From positions 4,431-68,430 of the forward strand of contig VGOO01000002.1 of NCBI GenBank assembly GCA_016875925.1: a stretch of 64,000 bases of DNA, in the 5' to 3' direction. Origin of the DNA: Chloroflexota bacterium. GTDB lineage: Bacteria > Chloroflexota > Dehalococcoidia > GIF9 > UBA5629. The notes beneath the pieces were generated by a model, which saw only the letters and a program-made list of their open reading frames with translations, was not told the origin of the DNA and searched no databases. This document shows positions 7,286 through 16,532 of the stretch, in pieces. Position 1 is the first letter of the stretch. Every line of letters starts with the position of its first letter. Position numbers and translations under genes: made by a program.

Positions 7286-9445
7286 ATGAAGATACTGAAG
7301 CAAATCAAATACGAACCAGCCAGAGTTGTTGGTGGATACACAGACCGGATACTGAGGATAGACTTGGGCAAAAGCGACATCCATGTCCAGGAACTGTCGC
7401 CCGATTTCAAGCACAAATACATCGGCGGCCGGGGATATGCCCTCAAGCTAATCTGGGATGGTACCACACGGGAAACCCGCTATGATAGTCCTGACAATAT
7501 CCTGGTAATGGCCAGTGGCCCGCTGGGCAATGAGCCGGGGTTTCCCGGCACCGGTAAATTCATTGTAGGCACTATCTCACCTTTGACGGATACCTTTATC
7601 GATTCCAATGTCGGCGGGCACTTTGGCCCTCTTTTGAAACTTGCCGGCTTTGATGCACTGGCGGTTTCCGGCATATCCCAGAAAGACGTGGTCGTTCTGG
7701 TTGACGGCGATGCCCGTACCATCAGTATTGCTGCTGCATCAGTCTATGATGAAGACACAGATGAGGGGGCACTTTCCTTCGGTCAGCAGCTTTTACAGGA
7801 TGCAAATGGTGGAGAGCTTAGCGATGCCATGGCTGCTGTAACTGCCGGGATAGGTGCGCATAACTCCAGGTTTGGGATTGTCAACAGCCTGTTCTTTGAC
7901 CGGCGGCGGAAGCGCATTCGTTCCAAGCAAGCTGGTAGGGGTGGCACGGGGACTGTAATGCGGGCCAAGGGTCTCCGCGGCATTGTGGTGCGCTCCAGCT
8001 TACCCAGAGCAAACGGCAACAATGCCGTGGATAAGGAAGGTGTGCGCCGGGAAGGCTCCAAGCTAAAAGAGGTTGTCTCCAAATGTGATTCACAGCAACT
8101 CAACCTGGGTGCCTGGGGAACCACGGGCTTATCCGAGTTCATGGACAAATTGCACATTTTCCCGATAAACAACTATCAATACGGGCAGAGCCCGGAGTCA
8201 AAAAATCTGTTTGCGCAGGTCTTCCTGGAAAGGTATTTCAGCAAAAAGATACCTGATGGATGTTACTATGGGTGCAATCTCGCTTGCAGTAAAGGCGCCG
8301 AAAATGTGGAACTGACACGCGGCCCCAGGAAAGGAACAAAAGTCAACATCGACGGGCCTGAGTATGAAACCGTTGGTGCTGTCTCTTGTATGGGCATCTT
8401 CGACCCCCAGTTTGTGATGGAATACAACTGGTACTGCGATGAATATGGCCTGGACACCATTTCCACGGGCGTGACCATCGGCTTTTTTATGGAGTGCTTC
8501 CAGCGCGGATTTCTGACTGCTGATGACGTAGGGTACGAACTGACGTTTGGCAACATAGAGGCTGCGGACAGGTTGTTGCACGAAATAGCCAGGGGTAAGG
8601 GTTTCGGCAAAGTAGCGGGGCAAGGCGTGGCCAGAGGCAAGAAGTGGATGGCACAGAGATATGCCAGCCGAAATGGGGCTTCGGAAGAAGCTGCTCTGGC
8701 TGAAATAAGCAAATTCGGCATGGAAGTTAAGGGTCTGGAATTCTCCATGTACATCAGCAAAGAGTCGCTTGCTCAGCAGGGAGGATATGGTTTCGCCCTG
8801 AAAGGACCGCAGCACGACGAAGCATGGCTCATTTTCATTGACCAGGTTCACAAGGAGCTACCGACACTTGAGCACAAGGCTAATGCCTTGAAGTGGTTTC
8901 CCCTCATTCGGACATGGTTCAACGCCACCGGGCTATGCAAGCTACCCTGGATTGACGTACGAAATCCGGAGGCAGCCAAGACCGCTGAGCCGGTAAAAAA
9001 TCTTCCCACCCTGGCTTATTACGTGGGCTATTTCAATGCCACGACAGGGAGCAATAAGAAGCTGGAGGACCTTCTTGATGATTCGGAGAGGCTGTACGTC
9101 CTGCAGAAGCTGATAAACCTGCGCCAGGGAAAGGGAACACGGCCTCATGATCAGATTCCACTGCGGGCGATGGGCCCCGCCTATTTAAATGAGTACCAGT
9201 TTCGAGCTGAGTATTATGATAACTGGCTGAAGGAACAGCTTGGTGATGGCAAATTGCCTGGCAGTCCTGAGGAGAGGCACAAGCTTCTTCTGGAGAAACG
9301 GGCTGAGGCCTACCAGCAACTCTGCGATATCGTCTATGAAAAGAAGGGGTTCCTGTCCAATGCCATCCCAAAGCGGGAGACGGTAGAGAAATTCGGCCTA
9401 ATGGACGAACAGGCAGACCAGCTATTAAAGAAATTCGGCATGTGA
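7286..9445 (+). CDS. Aldehyde:ferredoxin oxidoreductase family (tungsten/molybdopterin, 4Fe-4S)
   Basis: N-terminus GYTDRILRIDLGK..YIGGRGYALKLIW. Cluster motif DGCYYGCNLAC (CxxCxxxC), plus GPEYETVGA and TGLCKL. The likely start is MKILKQ at 7286; the ORF-track start is 7232. Confidence 0.9.
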   Translation: MKILKQIKYEPARVVGGYTDRILRIDLGKSDIHVQELSPDFKHKYIGGRGYALKLIWDGTTRETRYDSPDNILVMASGPLGNEPGFPGTGKFIVGTISPLTDTFIDSNVGGHFGPLLKLAGFDALAVSGISQKDVVVLVDGDARTISIAAASVYDEDTDEGALSFGQQLLQDANGGELSDAMAAVTAGIGAHNSRFGIVNSLFFDRRRKRIRSKQAGRGGTGTVMRAKGLRGIVVRSSLPRANGNNAVDKEGVRREGSKLKEVVSKCDSQQLNLGAWGTTGLSEFMDKLHIFPINNYQYGQSPESKNLFAQVFLERYFSKKIPDGCYYGCNLACSKGAENVELTRGPRKGTKVNIDGPEYETVGAVSCMGIFDPQFVMEYNWYCDEYGLDTISTGVTIGFFMECFQRGFLTADDVGYELTFGNIEAADRLLHEIARGKGFGKVAGQGVARGKKWMAQRYASRNGASEEAALAEISKFGMEVKGLEFSMYISKESLAQQGGYGFALKGPQHDEAWLIFIDQVHKELPTLEHKANALKWFPLIRTWFNATGLCKLPWIDVRNPEAAKTAEPVKNLPTLAYYVGYFNATTGSNKKLEDLLDDSERLYVLQKLINLRQGKGTRPHDQIPLRAMGPAYLNEYQFRAEYYDNWLKEQLGDGKLPGSPEERHKLLLEKRAEAYQQLCDIVYEKKGFLSNAIPKRETVEKFGLMDEQADQLLKKFGM

Positions 9446-9469
9446 GCAGCAAAGGAGCTTTTTTAGGGG

Positions 9470-9715
9470 ATGGTAGTTTCAATTGAGTTTTTTGGCAGGC
9501 AACGCCTGGTTACGCAAACACACAGTATCAAGATGCCTATAACTGGCGAGACGAGGTTGAATGATGCCCTTGAGTATGTCAGGAATCTCTTTCCTGCTCT
9601 CCATCTGGATGACGGCGCAGTTCTGGTAACGGTCAACCATGAAATGGCGTCTCTGGACAGGGTTTTAAATGCCAACGAGACCGTCTCGTTTCTACCGTTT
9701 ATCGGTGGCGGCTAA
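9470..9715 (+). CDS. MoaD/ThiS-family ubiquitin-like sulfur carrier
   Basis: 81 aa ending ..VSFLPFIGGG with a C-terminal Gly-Gly. It lies 24 nt downstream of the AOR gene. Confidence 0.75.
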   Translation: MVVSIEFFGRQRLVTQTHSIKMPITGETRLNDALEYVRNLFPALHLDDGAVLVTVNHEMASLDRVLNANETVSFLPFIGGG

Positions 9716-9790
9716 CAAAGACTTTGCTTGCACTTAAGGCCAGTCAATGGTTCTATTCGGATTAGGTATAGTCGAATTGCCACAGAGAAT

Positions 9791-10165
9791 TCAGCCCTGA
9801 TACTTTGCCTTGAAAGCCACCGAGGTGATCACTTCAATAAGCAACCCGTAAATCATACCAAGTATTATAGTCCCCAGAAACATTCCCACCTTACTAAACT
9901 CTGGACTTTCTGGAGCCATGAGACCGCTGAATGCTAACGGGAGGCTAAAAATCAACCCCATGAAAGTCCCATGAATCGCCCAATGTCGGAGGGAAATACA
10001 GCTGATACCAATGGCAAAACCCATAAGGGTTCGGCTGACTATCACTTGTACTGCCACCGGCCACGCAAGCTCTCCCGGACTGCTGGAAGCCAGGCCGAAA
10101 CACACAAAACCAAACAGTACTCCAGAGATAGTAGCAACGATGATTCTTTTTGTTTTTTGCATCAT
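9791..10165 (-). CDS. Hypothetical integral membrane protein
   Basis: Four hydrophobic segments. The start is taken at ATG 10165, 6 nt after AGGAGG (10172-10177 on the minus strand). Confidence 0.6.
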   Translation of the reverse strand: MMQKTKRIIVATISGVLFGFVCFGLASSSPGELAWPVAVQVIVSRTLMGFAIGISCISLRHWAIHGTFMGLIFSLPLAFSGLMAPESPEFSKVGMFLGTIILGMIYGLLIEVITSVAFKAKYQG

Positions 10166-10194
10166 GATAAACCTCCTATTAATCAATATCAGGT

Positions 10195-10854
10195 TCAGCT
10201 CTCGCCATAAATAGAAGCAAACACGGCTTTCTCCAGCTCCACCACCTCGGCAGGAAGCTGGTTCACCTTTCCCAGCCTCAGTGCGGAGAGGTATATTTGT
10301 GCCGTGCTCTCCAGCAGCTCGGACATAGCCAGCGCTTCGTGCATATCCCGGCCCGTGCAGAGGGCGCCATGATTCGCCATTATCACACCGTTCCTGGGTC
10401 CCAGAGCCGAGACCACGTTCGCTGCCAGTTCCTTGCTGCCGGGGAGGGCGTAGAGGCTGATTTTTATCTCTCCGCCGAGGTAGGTGACCTGCTCATCGAT
10501 AAGGGGAGGTATCTCCATGCCAGCGACTGCTAGGGCGCTGCAGAAGACGGGGTGGCTGTGCATTATGGCATTTATCTTGGGGCGAGCCTGGTACACCGCA
10601 ATGTGCATCGGTGTCTCTATAGACGCACGTAGCTGTCCCTCGATGCGTTCTCCGGCAAAATCGACGACCACTATGTCATCCACATCCAACGAATCGTAGT
10701 AGCGTCCGCTGGGTGTGATGGCTAAGAGGTTCCGACCGTTTGGGTCTTTGAGCCGCAGGCTAACGTTGCCCGCAGTGCCTGTAACCAGCCCTTTTTGCTC
10801 CATGCGGCGAGCTGCTTCTATAACCTCTATCTTTTCAGAATCCCACATGCCCAT
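10195..10854 (-). CDS. Class II aldolase/adducin-family protein
   Basis: GTAGNVSLRL..AITPSG and IETPMHIAVYQARP..AIMHSHP (metal-binding His motifs). The likely start is MGMWDSE at 10854, because the ORF-track N-terminus translates heptamer array H5. Confidence 0.8.
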   Translation of the reverse strand: MGMWDSEKIEVIEAARRMEQKGLVTGTAGNVSLRLKDPNGRNLLAITPSGRYYDSLDVDDIVVVDFAGERIEGQLRASIETPMHIAVYQARPKINAIMHSHPVFCSALAVAGMEIPPLIDEQVTYLGGEIKISLYALPGSKELAANVVSALGPRNGVIMANHGALCTGRDMHEALAMSELLESTAQIYLSALRLGKVNQLPAEVVELEKAVFASIYGES

Positions 10855-10875
10855 ATTATCGCAAAGTTGACAGCA

Positions 10876-10945
10876 GATAGTCGATAGTCGGCAGTCGATA
10901 GTCACTTGTGGCTCGGGACTCGTTGCTCGTCTGTTGCCTGTTGCC
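10876..10945 (+). repeat. Degenerate heptanucleotide array H5 (10 units)
   Basis: gatagtc gatagtc ggcagtc gatagtc acttgtg gctcggg actcgtt gctcgtc tgttgcc tgttgcc. It sits in a divergent promoter region. Confidence 0.75.
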
Positions 10946-11065
10946 CCGCGCCTGAGTTGACAGGCACTCGTGCCCCGCTTAGAATGTCATCTTGATTGGC
11001 CTATCCACAAGAGTGAAGTGCAGCATTGTCGGAGAACCCCACTTTCAATCGATAGGAGGGAAATT

Positions 11066-12679
11066 ATGAAAAAGCTCGCCAGCATCTCGCTTGCCCTGGT
11101 TATCATTGTTGCATTTGCCTTGTCGTCTTGCGCCACTGCTGGGGGCGATTATGACATTGCCATAAATAACGGCCGTGTCATGGACCCGCTAACCGGCTTC
11201 GATGGAGTGGCCAATGTGGGCATCAAGGATGGGAAGATTGCGGCTGTCGTCCCTGCCAAACAAAAGCTCGGGGGGAAGAGGGTAATAAATGCCAGCGGCC
11301 TGGTGGTGGCGCCGGGATTCATCAATATCCACGGGCATGCCACGGGTGGTGGCATTGATGGCGGATTCCACGTCAGGGACGGCATCACTACCGAAATAAC
11401 AGGCAACTGCGGCCGCACCGGCGTCTTTTTCTACGATATGCCGGGGGCTATTCAGTTCACCCCCTATCCCGTAACTGATTTCTTCAGCGAGGTAGAAAAA
11501 CAGGGCCTCGTTATAAACATCGGCACGTATACCGGCAATATCACTCTCAGGGAGGCTATCGGGCTGAAGGATAAGGATGAGCCAACGCCTGAGCAGATTG
11601 CCAGGATGGTCGAGATGACGGGGCAGGAGATGGAAGCCGGTTCGCTGGGCATATCTTATGGGCCATTCTACGCGCCAGGGACCACTTATCAGGAGATGGT
11701 GGATATAGCCAAGGAAACCTTGAAGCACGGCGGGGGCGCTGCCATACATGTGCGCTACGCTATTCCGCCACCCAGGGATATCGAGGCCTGCGAGGAGGCC
11801 ATCAGCCTGTCCAAAGATTCTGGCATTCCCATTCTCATCTCCCACCGAGGCGGCCAGGTGGTGTTTCCTGAAAGCACAGATAAGCTAATTGACCTTATCA
11901 CTAGAGCCAGGGCAGAGGGCGTGCAGGTGTCCAGCGACCTTCAGCCGTACACCGCCAGCAATACTCCGCTGAAGGCGGCTGTCTTCGATATGCCCCTTGA
12001 ACCGTTCGCCAAGTTATTGGATGTCTCCATATCCGATGTGGGTGTGGGTGCAGCCGTGGTGATTGACGGCAATACTGTCATTAAGCCGGGCGATTCCTTC
12101 GCCAGCTTTGAGCAGTTCTATGACATAAGGGACAGGGTCAAGGCAGGCGAGATACCCGACCCCACCGTTATTATGCATATCTATAAGGCGGAGAAAATAG
12201 CCCTGTATTTCAAGTCGCCTTTTGTCATGGTGGAGAACGATGGACTTATCGTCAAAGACCCCAACACCGGCAGGTATACCGGCCATCCCAGGGGCGCCGG
12301 CGCCTTTGCCAAGTTTTTCAGGGAGTATGTGAGGGAGCAGGGCATCTGTGATTTGATGACCGGCATAGCCAAGTGCTCCACCATGGCGGCAGTCTGGCTG
12401 GGCATGGAGAATAAAGGCAGGGTGCAGGTAGGCTGCGATGCCGACCTGACGCTGTTCGACCCTGAGAAAATCACCGATAAAGCCACATACGTAGAGCCGG
12501 GCCAGCCTTCGGAAGGCATACCCTATGTCATCGTCAACGGCATCTTGGCTGTGGACAAAGGAAAGCTTACAGGGTCTAAATCGGGCAAGGTCATCAAGCG
12601 CAACTGGACGGTGCCTGGCGTGCTGCCTGAGTTGGGCAAAGCGGCAACCACCAATATCAACGTGTTACAGCAGCCCTAA
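11066..12679 (+). CDS. Amidohydrolase-family lipoprotein (N-acyl-D-amino-acid deacylase-like)
   Basis: ATG 11066 follows aggaggg. Signal peptide with lipobox FALSSC. Motifs GFINIHGH, DADLTLFDP and PYVIVNG are typical of D-aminoacylase-type amidohydrolases. Confidence 0.8.
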   Translation: MKKLASISLALVIIVAFALSSCATAGGDYDIAINNGRVMDPLTGFDGVANVGIKDGKIAAVVPAKQKLGGKRVINASGLVVAPGFINIHGHATGGGIDGGFHVRDGITTEITGNCGRTGVFFYDMPGAIQFTPYPVTDFFSEVEKQGLVINIGTYTGNITLREAIGLKDKDEPTPEQIARMVEMTGQEMEAGSLGISYGPFYAPGTTYQEMVDIAKETLKHGGGAAIHVRYAIPPPRDIEACEEAISLSKDSGIPILISHRGGQVVFPESTDKLIDLITRARAEGVQVSSDLQPYTASNTPLKAAVFDMPLEPFAKLLDVSISDVGVGAAVVIDGNTVIKPGDSFASFEQFYDIRDRVKAGEIPDPTVIMHIYKAEKIALYFKSPFVMVENDGLIVKDPNTGRYTGHPRGAGAFAKFFREYVREQGICDLMTGIAKCSTMAAVWLGMENKGRVQVGCDADLTLFDPEKITDKATYVEPGQPSEGIPYVIVNGILAVDKGKLTGSKSGKVIKRNWTVPGVLPELGKAATTNINVLQQP

Positions 12680-12883
12680 GCGAGACTGGCTCTTGCTGTC
12701 ATCTCAAAATGCAAACTAACAGCGCAAAAGTCAGTTAAGGGCCCAACGATAACCTCGTCACACAGAGTACCATTTTGTTCAACGGGGCTGACGTTTTCAT
12801 TCTGTACAGTGGCTGTTTGCCAGACTCTTTCCAAGGAGAGACACTTGGGTGCAGCCGAAGCGACTCTATGACAATTGCGATAG

Positions 12884-13366
12884 CTATTTCTTTCTGACGG
12901 GGAATCTGATTTCGGTGAGGAGGTCTTCGGGCCTGGTTTCGGCTGGGTTGGAGAAATAGACTTCTTCGGGCGGGCCACTCATCTCGTATCCGTTCTGCAT
13001 CACCCACTCAGCCATGGCTTTGTAGGTCTCCTCGACTTTCTCAAATGGCCCTTTGTGCATGGTGGAGGCTACTTGAATTGCTGCTACCTGCTTGACGCCC
13101 AGGCCTTGCTCATCAGGCTCGCTGAGAGCTACATCTCCGGCGATGGGGCTGCGCAGCTCCCAGAGGAGTTGGTCTTCGGGAACCTGCCCAGGGGCATTAA
13201 GGTATAAGCCCAGAGGAGGCCCTGCAGGCACGTAACCCTTCTGTCCAATCCATTGATACAGCTTGCCGAAAGCCTCGGGAATCTGGGTGTAAGGTCCCCA
13301 CATGCCGATAAAAGCTACGGTCATGGGCTCGGTTTGTTTTACAGTGACCTGGATTGAAGAAGCCAT
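12884..13366 (-). CDS. GyrI-like small-molecule-binding domain protein
   Basis: VTVKQTEPMTVAFIGMWGPYTQIPEAFGKLYQWI..EVYFSNP has the GyrI/effector-binding fold pattern. The start is taken at MASSIQ (13366). Confidence 0.7.
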   Translation of the reverse strand: MASSIQVTVKQTEPMTVAFIGMWGPYTQIPEAFGKLYQWIGQKGYVPAGPPLGLYLNAPGQVPEDQLLWELRSPIAGDVALSEPDEQGLGVKQVAAIQVASTMHKGPFEKVEETYKAMAEWVMQNGYEMSGPPEEVYFSNPAETRPEDLLTEIRFPVRKK

Positions 13367-13489
13367 GGCTACCCTCCTTATGCGCCAGTTTAGGGTTGTT
13401 TCTGAGTGTATTGTATCACTCCGTATAATCGGGCGCACCCTTCGCTTTGTTCAAGGGCAGGCTCTGGAGGTACGCATAGGAGATAAACC

Positions 13490-13535
13490 GGTCCTTCCGC
13501 CGAAGTACTGGCGGGTTTGAAAACCCGCCCTAAGT
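13490..13535 (+). repeat. Hairpin repeat family A, copy 4 (compensated stem)
   Basis: ggtccttccgccgaagtactggcgggtttgaaaacccgccctaagtg. The stem is ggcgggt/acccgcc instead of ggtgggt/acccacc. Confidence 0.7.
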
Positions 13536-13597
13536 GACTGTATCGCGTCCAGAAAGGCAAGCTCCTCAGCTTTTAGCAAAGATACAGTATCTCCTTT

Positions 13598-14482
13598 CTA
13601 GTGGTGGCGCGTCTCTTTTTGCACTAGCTCCTTATAGGTTGACATAATCTTTTGAGTGATTGGGCCTGGTTTGCCGCTGCCGATAGGCTTTTCGCTGAGG
13701 TAGGTAATGGGCATTATCTCGAGGATGGAACTGGTGCGGAAGACTTCGTCAGCTTGGGTAAGCTCTTCAGGGTGGACTTCTCTCTCTTCGGCTTTGATTT
13801 GCAGGGACCGGGCAAGTTCCAGCACAGCCTCCCTGGTGATTCCGGGCAAGGCGCCACTTTGTAGGGTCGGCGTGACAAGTGTCCTGTCCTTGACCATGAA
13901 GATGTTGCAGGTGCTGCCTTCGGCCAACATGCCTTTTTCGTTGAGAATAAGAGCCTCGTCAAAGCCAGAAGCCTTAGCTTCCTGTATGGCGAGGACATTC
14001 TCCAGGCAGCAGGTGGATTTAATCTGGGATAACGGGGACTGACTGTTGCGCCTGTGGGACGAGATTACGGCCTTGTAGCCGTTCTGGTAGACCTGTGGTG
14101 GCGGTGGCGTGACCTGCCGGGCTACGATGAACACCGTGGGCTGTTCGCAGGTCTGGGGGTTTGGGGTGATGTCGCCAGCACCGGCTGAGATAGTGAGCCT
14201 GATGCGGGCGTCTGCCAGCTTATTGGCTTTAAGCAGGTTGTAGCAGGCCTTCTCCAGGTCGAGGTGAACCAGCCTGGAAGATAAGCCGAGGGCTTTGGCC
14301 GATTTGTCGAGGCGTTCCAGGTGACGGTCAAGGCGGAAGATGGTGCCGTTGTAGGAGCGCATGGTTTCGTAAAGGCCATAGCCGTAGAGGAAGCCGTGGT
14401 CGAAAGCCGATAGGTGGGCATGGGAGCGGGGGACGATGTTGCCATTGAGATAGATGGTTTCTTCCATTGGTTGTCTAATCAT
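13598..14482 (-). CDS. pabC: Class IV aminotransferase; aminodeoxychorismate lyase by operon context
   Basis: HGFLYGYGLYETMRSYNG..FRLDRHLERL and LPGITR motifs. It overlaps the pabA stop by 8 nt. Confidence 0.8.
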   Translation of the reverse strand: MIRQPMEETIYLNGNIVPRSHAHLSAFDHGFLYGYGLYETMRSYNGTIFRLDRHLERLDKSAKALGLSSRLVHLDLEKACYNLLKANKLADARIRLTISAGAGDITPNPQTCEQPTVFIVARQVTPPPPQVYQNGYKAVISSHRRNSQSPLSQIKSTCCLENVLAIQEAKASGFDEALILNEKGMLAEGSTCNIFMVKDRTLVTPTLQSGALPGITREAVLELARSLQIKAEEREVHPEELTQADEVFRTSSILEIMPITYLSEKPIGSGKPGPITQKIMSTYKELVQKETRHH

Positions 14483-15062
14483 TGGGCCAGACGGGGGTGG
14501 TGAAGCGGAGGAAGTTTGCCAGCAGGTCGTAGCCCACTTCGGTGAGAATGGATTCGGGATGTACCTGGATGCCCTCTACTGCATATTCTTTATGCCGCAC
14601 TCCCATTATCTCTCCTTCCTCAGTGCGGGCGGTGACTTTCAGGCATGATGGCAAGCCCTCAGGCTTAATTACCAGGGAGTGGTAGCGACCTGCCAAAAAT
14701 GGATTCTCAATGTTCTGGTAGATGGTTTTTCTGTCGTGGTAAACGAGCGAAGCCTTGCCATGGACGGGAACACTGGCGCGGCCGACGATGCCACCGTAGG
14801 CATGGCCGATGCACTGGTGACCGAGGCAGACTCCCAGTATGGGGATTATGCCGGCGAAGTGACGAATCACATCGTTGGAGATGCCGGCTTCGAGTGGCGT
14901 GCAGGGGCCGGGGGAGATGACGATGTGGCTGGGGGCAAGCGCTTCGATTTCTGCAAGGGTGATTTTGTCGTTGCGGTAGACCAGAGATTCCCAGCCTAGC
15001 TCGCCCAGCCTTTGAACCAGGTTGTAGGCGAAGGAATCGTAGTTGTCGATGACCAGTATCAT
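14475..15062 (-). CDS. pabA: Glutamine amidotransferase component II (PabA/TrpG)
   Basis: MILVIDNYDSFAYNLVQ..PILGVCLGHQ..HPES, a class I GATase triad. Confidence 0.9.
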   Translation of the reverse strand: MILVIDNYDSFAYNLVQRLGELGWESLVYRNDKITLAEIEALAPSHIVISPGPCTPLEAGISNDVIRHFAGIIPILGVCLGHQCIGHAYGGIVGRASVPVHGKASLVYHDRKTIYQNIENPFLAGRYHSLVIKPEGLPSCLKVTARTEEGEIMGVRHKEYAVEGIQVHPESILTEVGYDLLANFLRFTTPVWPND

Positions 15063-16495
15063 GCCGTTCTCACTGCCACTTTGGGTGACAGGCGTAGTGC
15101 CTGTATCAGCGCCTTAGCCTTGTCCAGTGTCTCCTGATATTCTTCTTCAGGGTCTGAATCATAGACAATGCCACCGCCTACCTGAAAGTAGGCTTGTTTA
15201 CCTTTGGTGAGGAAGGTGCGGATGACGATGTTAATGTCTAGGTTACCGTTGAAGCCGAAGTAGCCGATAGCGCCGGTGTAGACGCTCCTCCGGGTTGGTT
15301 CCACCTCGTCAATAATTTCCATAGCCCTGACCTTGGGGGCACCGGTAATGGAGCCACCGGGGAAGGTAGCCTTGAGCAAATCAAGGCGGTTCTTGTTTGG
15401 TCGCAGCTTGCCCACGACGGTGGAGGTAAGGTGAAAGACGGTGGGGAACGTTTCCAGAATGGCCAGCTCGGTGACTCTCACCGTGCCGAACTGGCAGACC
15501 CTGCCTAAATCGTTCCTCTCTAAATCGACTATCATGATATTCTCAGCGCGGTCTTTAACGCTGGAGGTCAGTTCTTGGGCCAGCCTGGCGTCCTCAGTAG
15601 CATCTTTGCCCCGGGGCCTGGTGCCTTTTATAGGGCGTGTCTCCACCCAATCTCCGTCCAGTCTGAGGAATCTCTCCGGGGAGGCGCTTACTACCACCAC
15701 GTCCTCGAAGTTGAGATAGCTGGCGAAAGGGGCGGGGTTGATTTGCCTGAGTCGGCGGTACAGCTCGTAGGGTGGGATGGTCAACTCTGTTTCAAATCGC
15801 TGGGAGATATTTGCCTGGAAGATATCGCCGGCGATGATGTAGTCCCTGGTCTTGGCTACGGCTTTGAGATAATCCTGGGGGGTGAAGTTGCACTTGAGTA
15901 CGGTTTCGGCCAGTGCTGGTGAATTGGATGGCTCTGGCGCTGAGATTGAGATAGGGTCGGCTAACTGCTCCTTCATTTCTTCGAGGCGTTGTGCTGCCCT
16001 TTTCTGCCTTTGTGCTTCATCCAGCTCCGGGAAACCGGTGGAGACGATATAGGTCTTGCCCAGCAGGTTATCGAAAGCCATGATGGTATCGTAGAAGGCG
16101 AAGTAGCTTTCGGGCAGTTTCAGGTCATCTATGGCAGTGGATGGAAGGCGCTCTATGAAGTGGCACAGGTCGTAGCTGAGGTAGCCGACAGCACCTCCAC
16201 AAAAAGGCAAAGTCTGTTGGCAATCCAGGTGATATTTCTCCAGCAGGCTGTGTAGGATGTCAAAAGGGTTGCCCTGTTCGGTTTTCTGGCTTCCCCCAGA
16301 GAGCAGGTTAACTCTGTCGGCATAGCTTTTCGTGACCAGGAAGGGGTTGCTGCCAATGAAGGAATATCTTCCCAGCCTCTGGGGGTGCATGCCGCTGTCC
16401 AGAAAGAAGCTGTATGGCTTGTCCTTGAATAAGTCAAAAGCCATTGGTGGTTTCAGGGTGGTGGAGATTTCGGCGATCAGTGGTTGACGCGACAC
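15059..16495 (-). CDS. pabB: Aminodeoxychorismate synthase component I (chorismate-binding)
   Basis: SPERFL, GTRPRG, FPGGSITGAPK and GGGIVYDS motifs. It overlaps pabA by 4 nt. Confidence 0.9.
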   Translation of the reverse strand: MSRQPLIAEISTTLKPPMAFDLFKDKPYSFFLDSGMHPQRLGRYSFIGSNPFLVTKSYADRVNLLSGGSQKTEQGNPFDILHSLLEKYHLDCQQTLPFCGGAVGYLSYDLCHFIERLPSTAIDDLKLPESYFAFYDTIMAFDNLLGKTYIVSTGFPELDEAQRQKRAAQRLEEMKEQLADPISISAPEPSNSPALAETVLKCNFTPQDYLKAVAKTRDYIIAGDIFQANISQRFETELTIPPYELYRRLRQINPAPFASYLNFEDVVVVSASPERFLRLDGDWVETRPIKGTRPRGKDATEDARLAQELTSSVKDRAENIMIVDLERNDLGRVCQFGTVRVTELAILETFPTVFHLTSTVVGKLRPNKNRLDLLKATFPGGSITGAPKVRAMEIIDEVEPTRRSVYTGAIGYFGFNGNLDINIVIRTFLTKGKQAYFQVGGGIVYDSDPEEEYQETLDKAKALIQALRLSPKVAVRTA

Positions 16496-16532
16496 TCGTT
16501 TCTCTCTCAGCTATAGCACTTTGTGTTGTTGT

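Noticed and set aside
8198-8851. 217-aa minus-strand ORF (plus 8266-8760 and 7783-8172)
   Set aside because: These lie entirely inside the AOR gene on the opposite strand.
11189-11845. 218-aa minus-strand ORF
   Set aside because: It lies inside the amidohydrolase gene on the opposite strand.
3121-13535. Possibility that the repeated motifs form a CRISPR array
   Set aside because: The repeats differ in length and family, spacing is irregular (from tens of bp to kb) with genes in between, and there are no cas genes.
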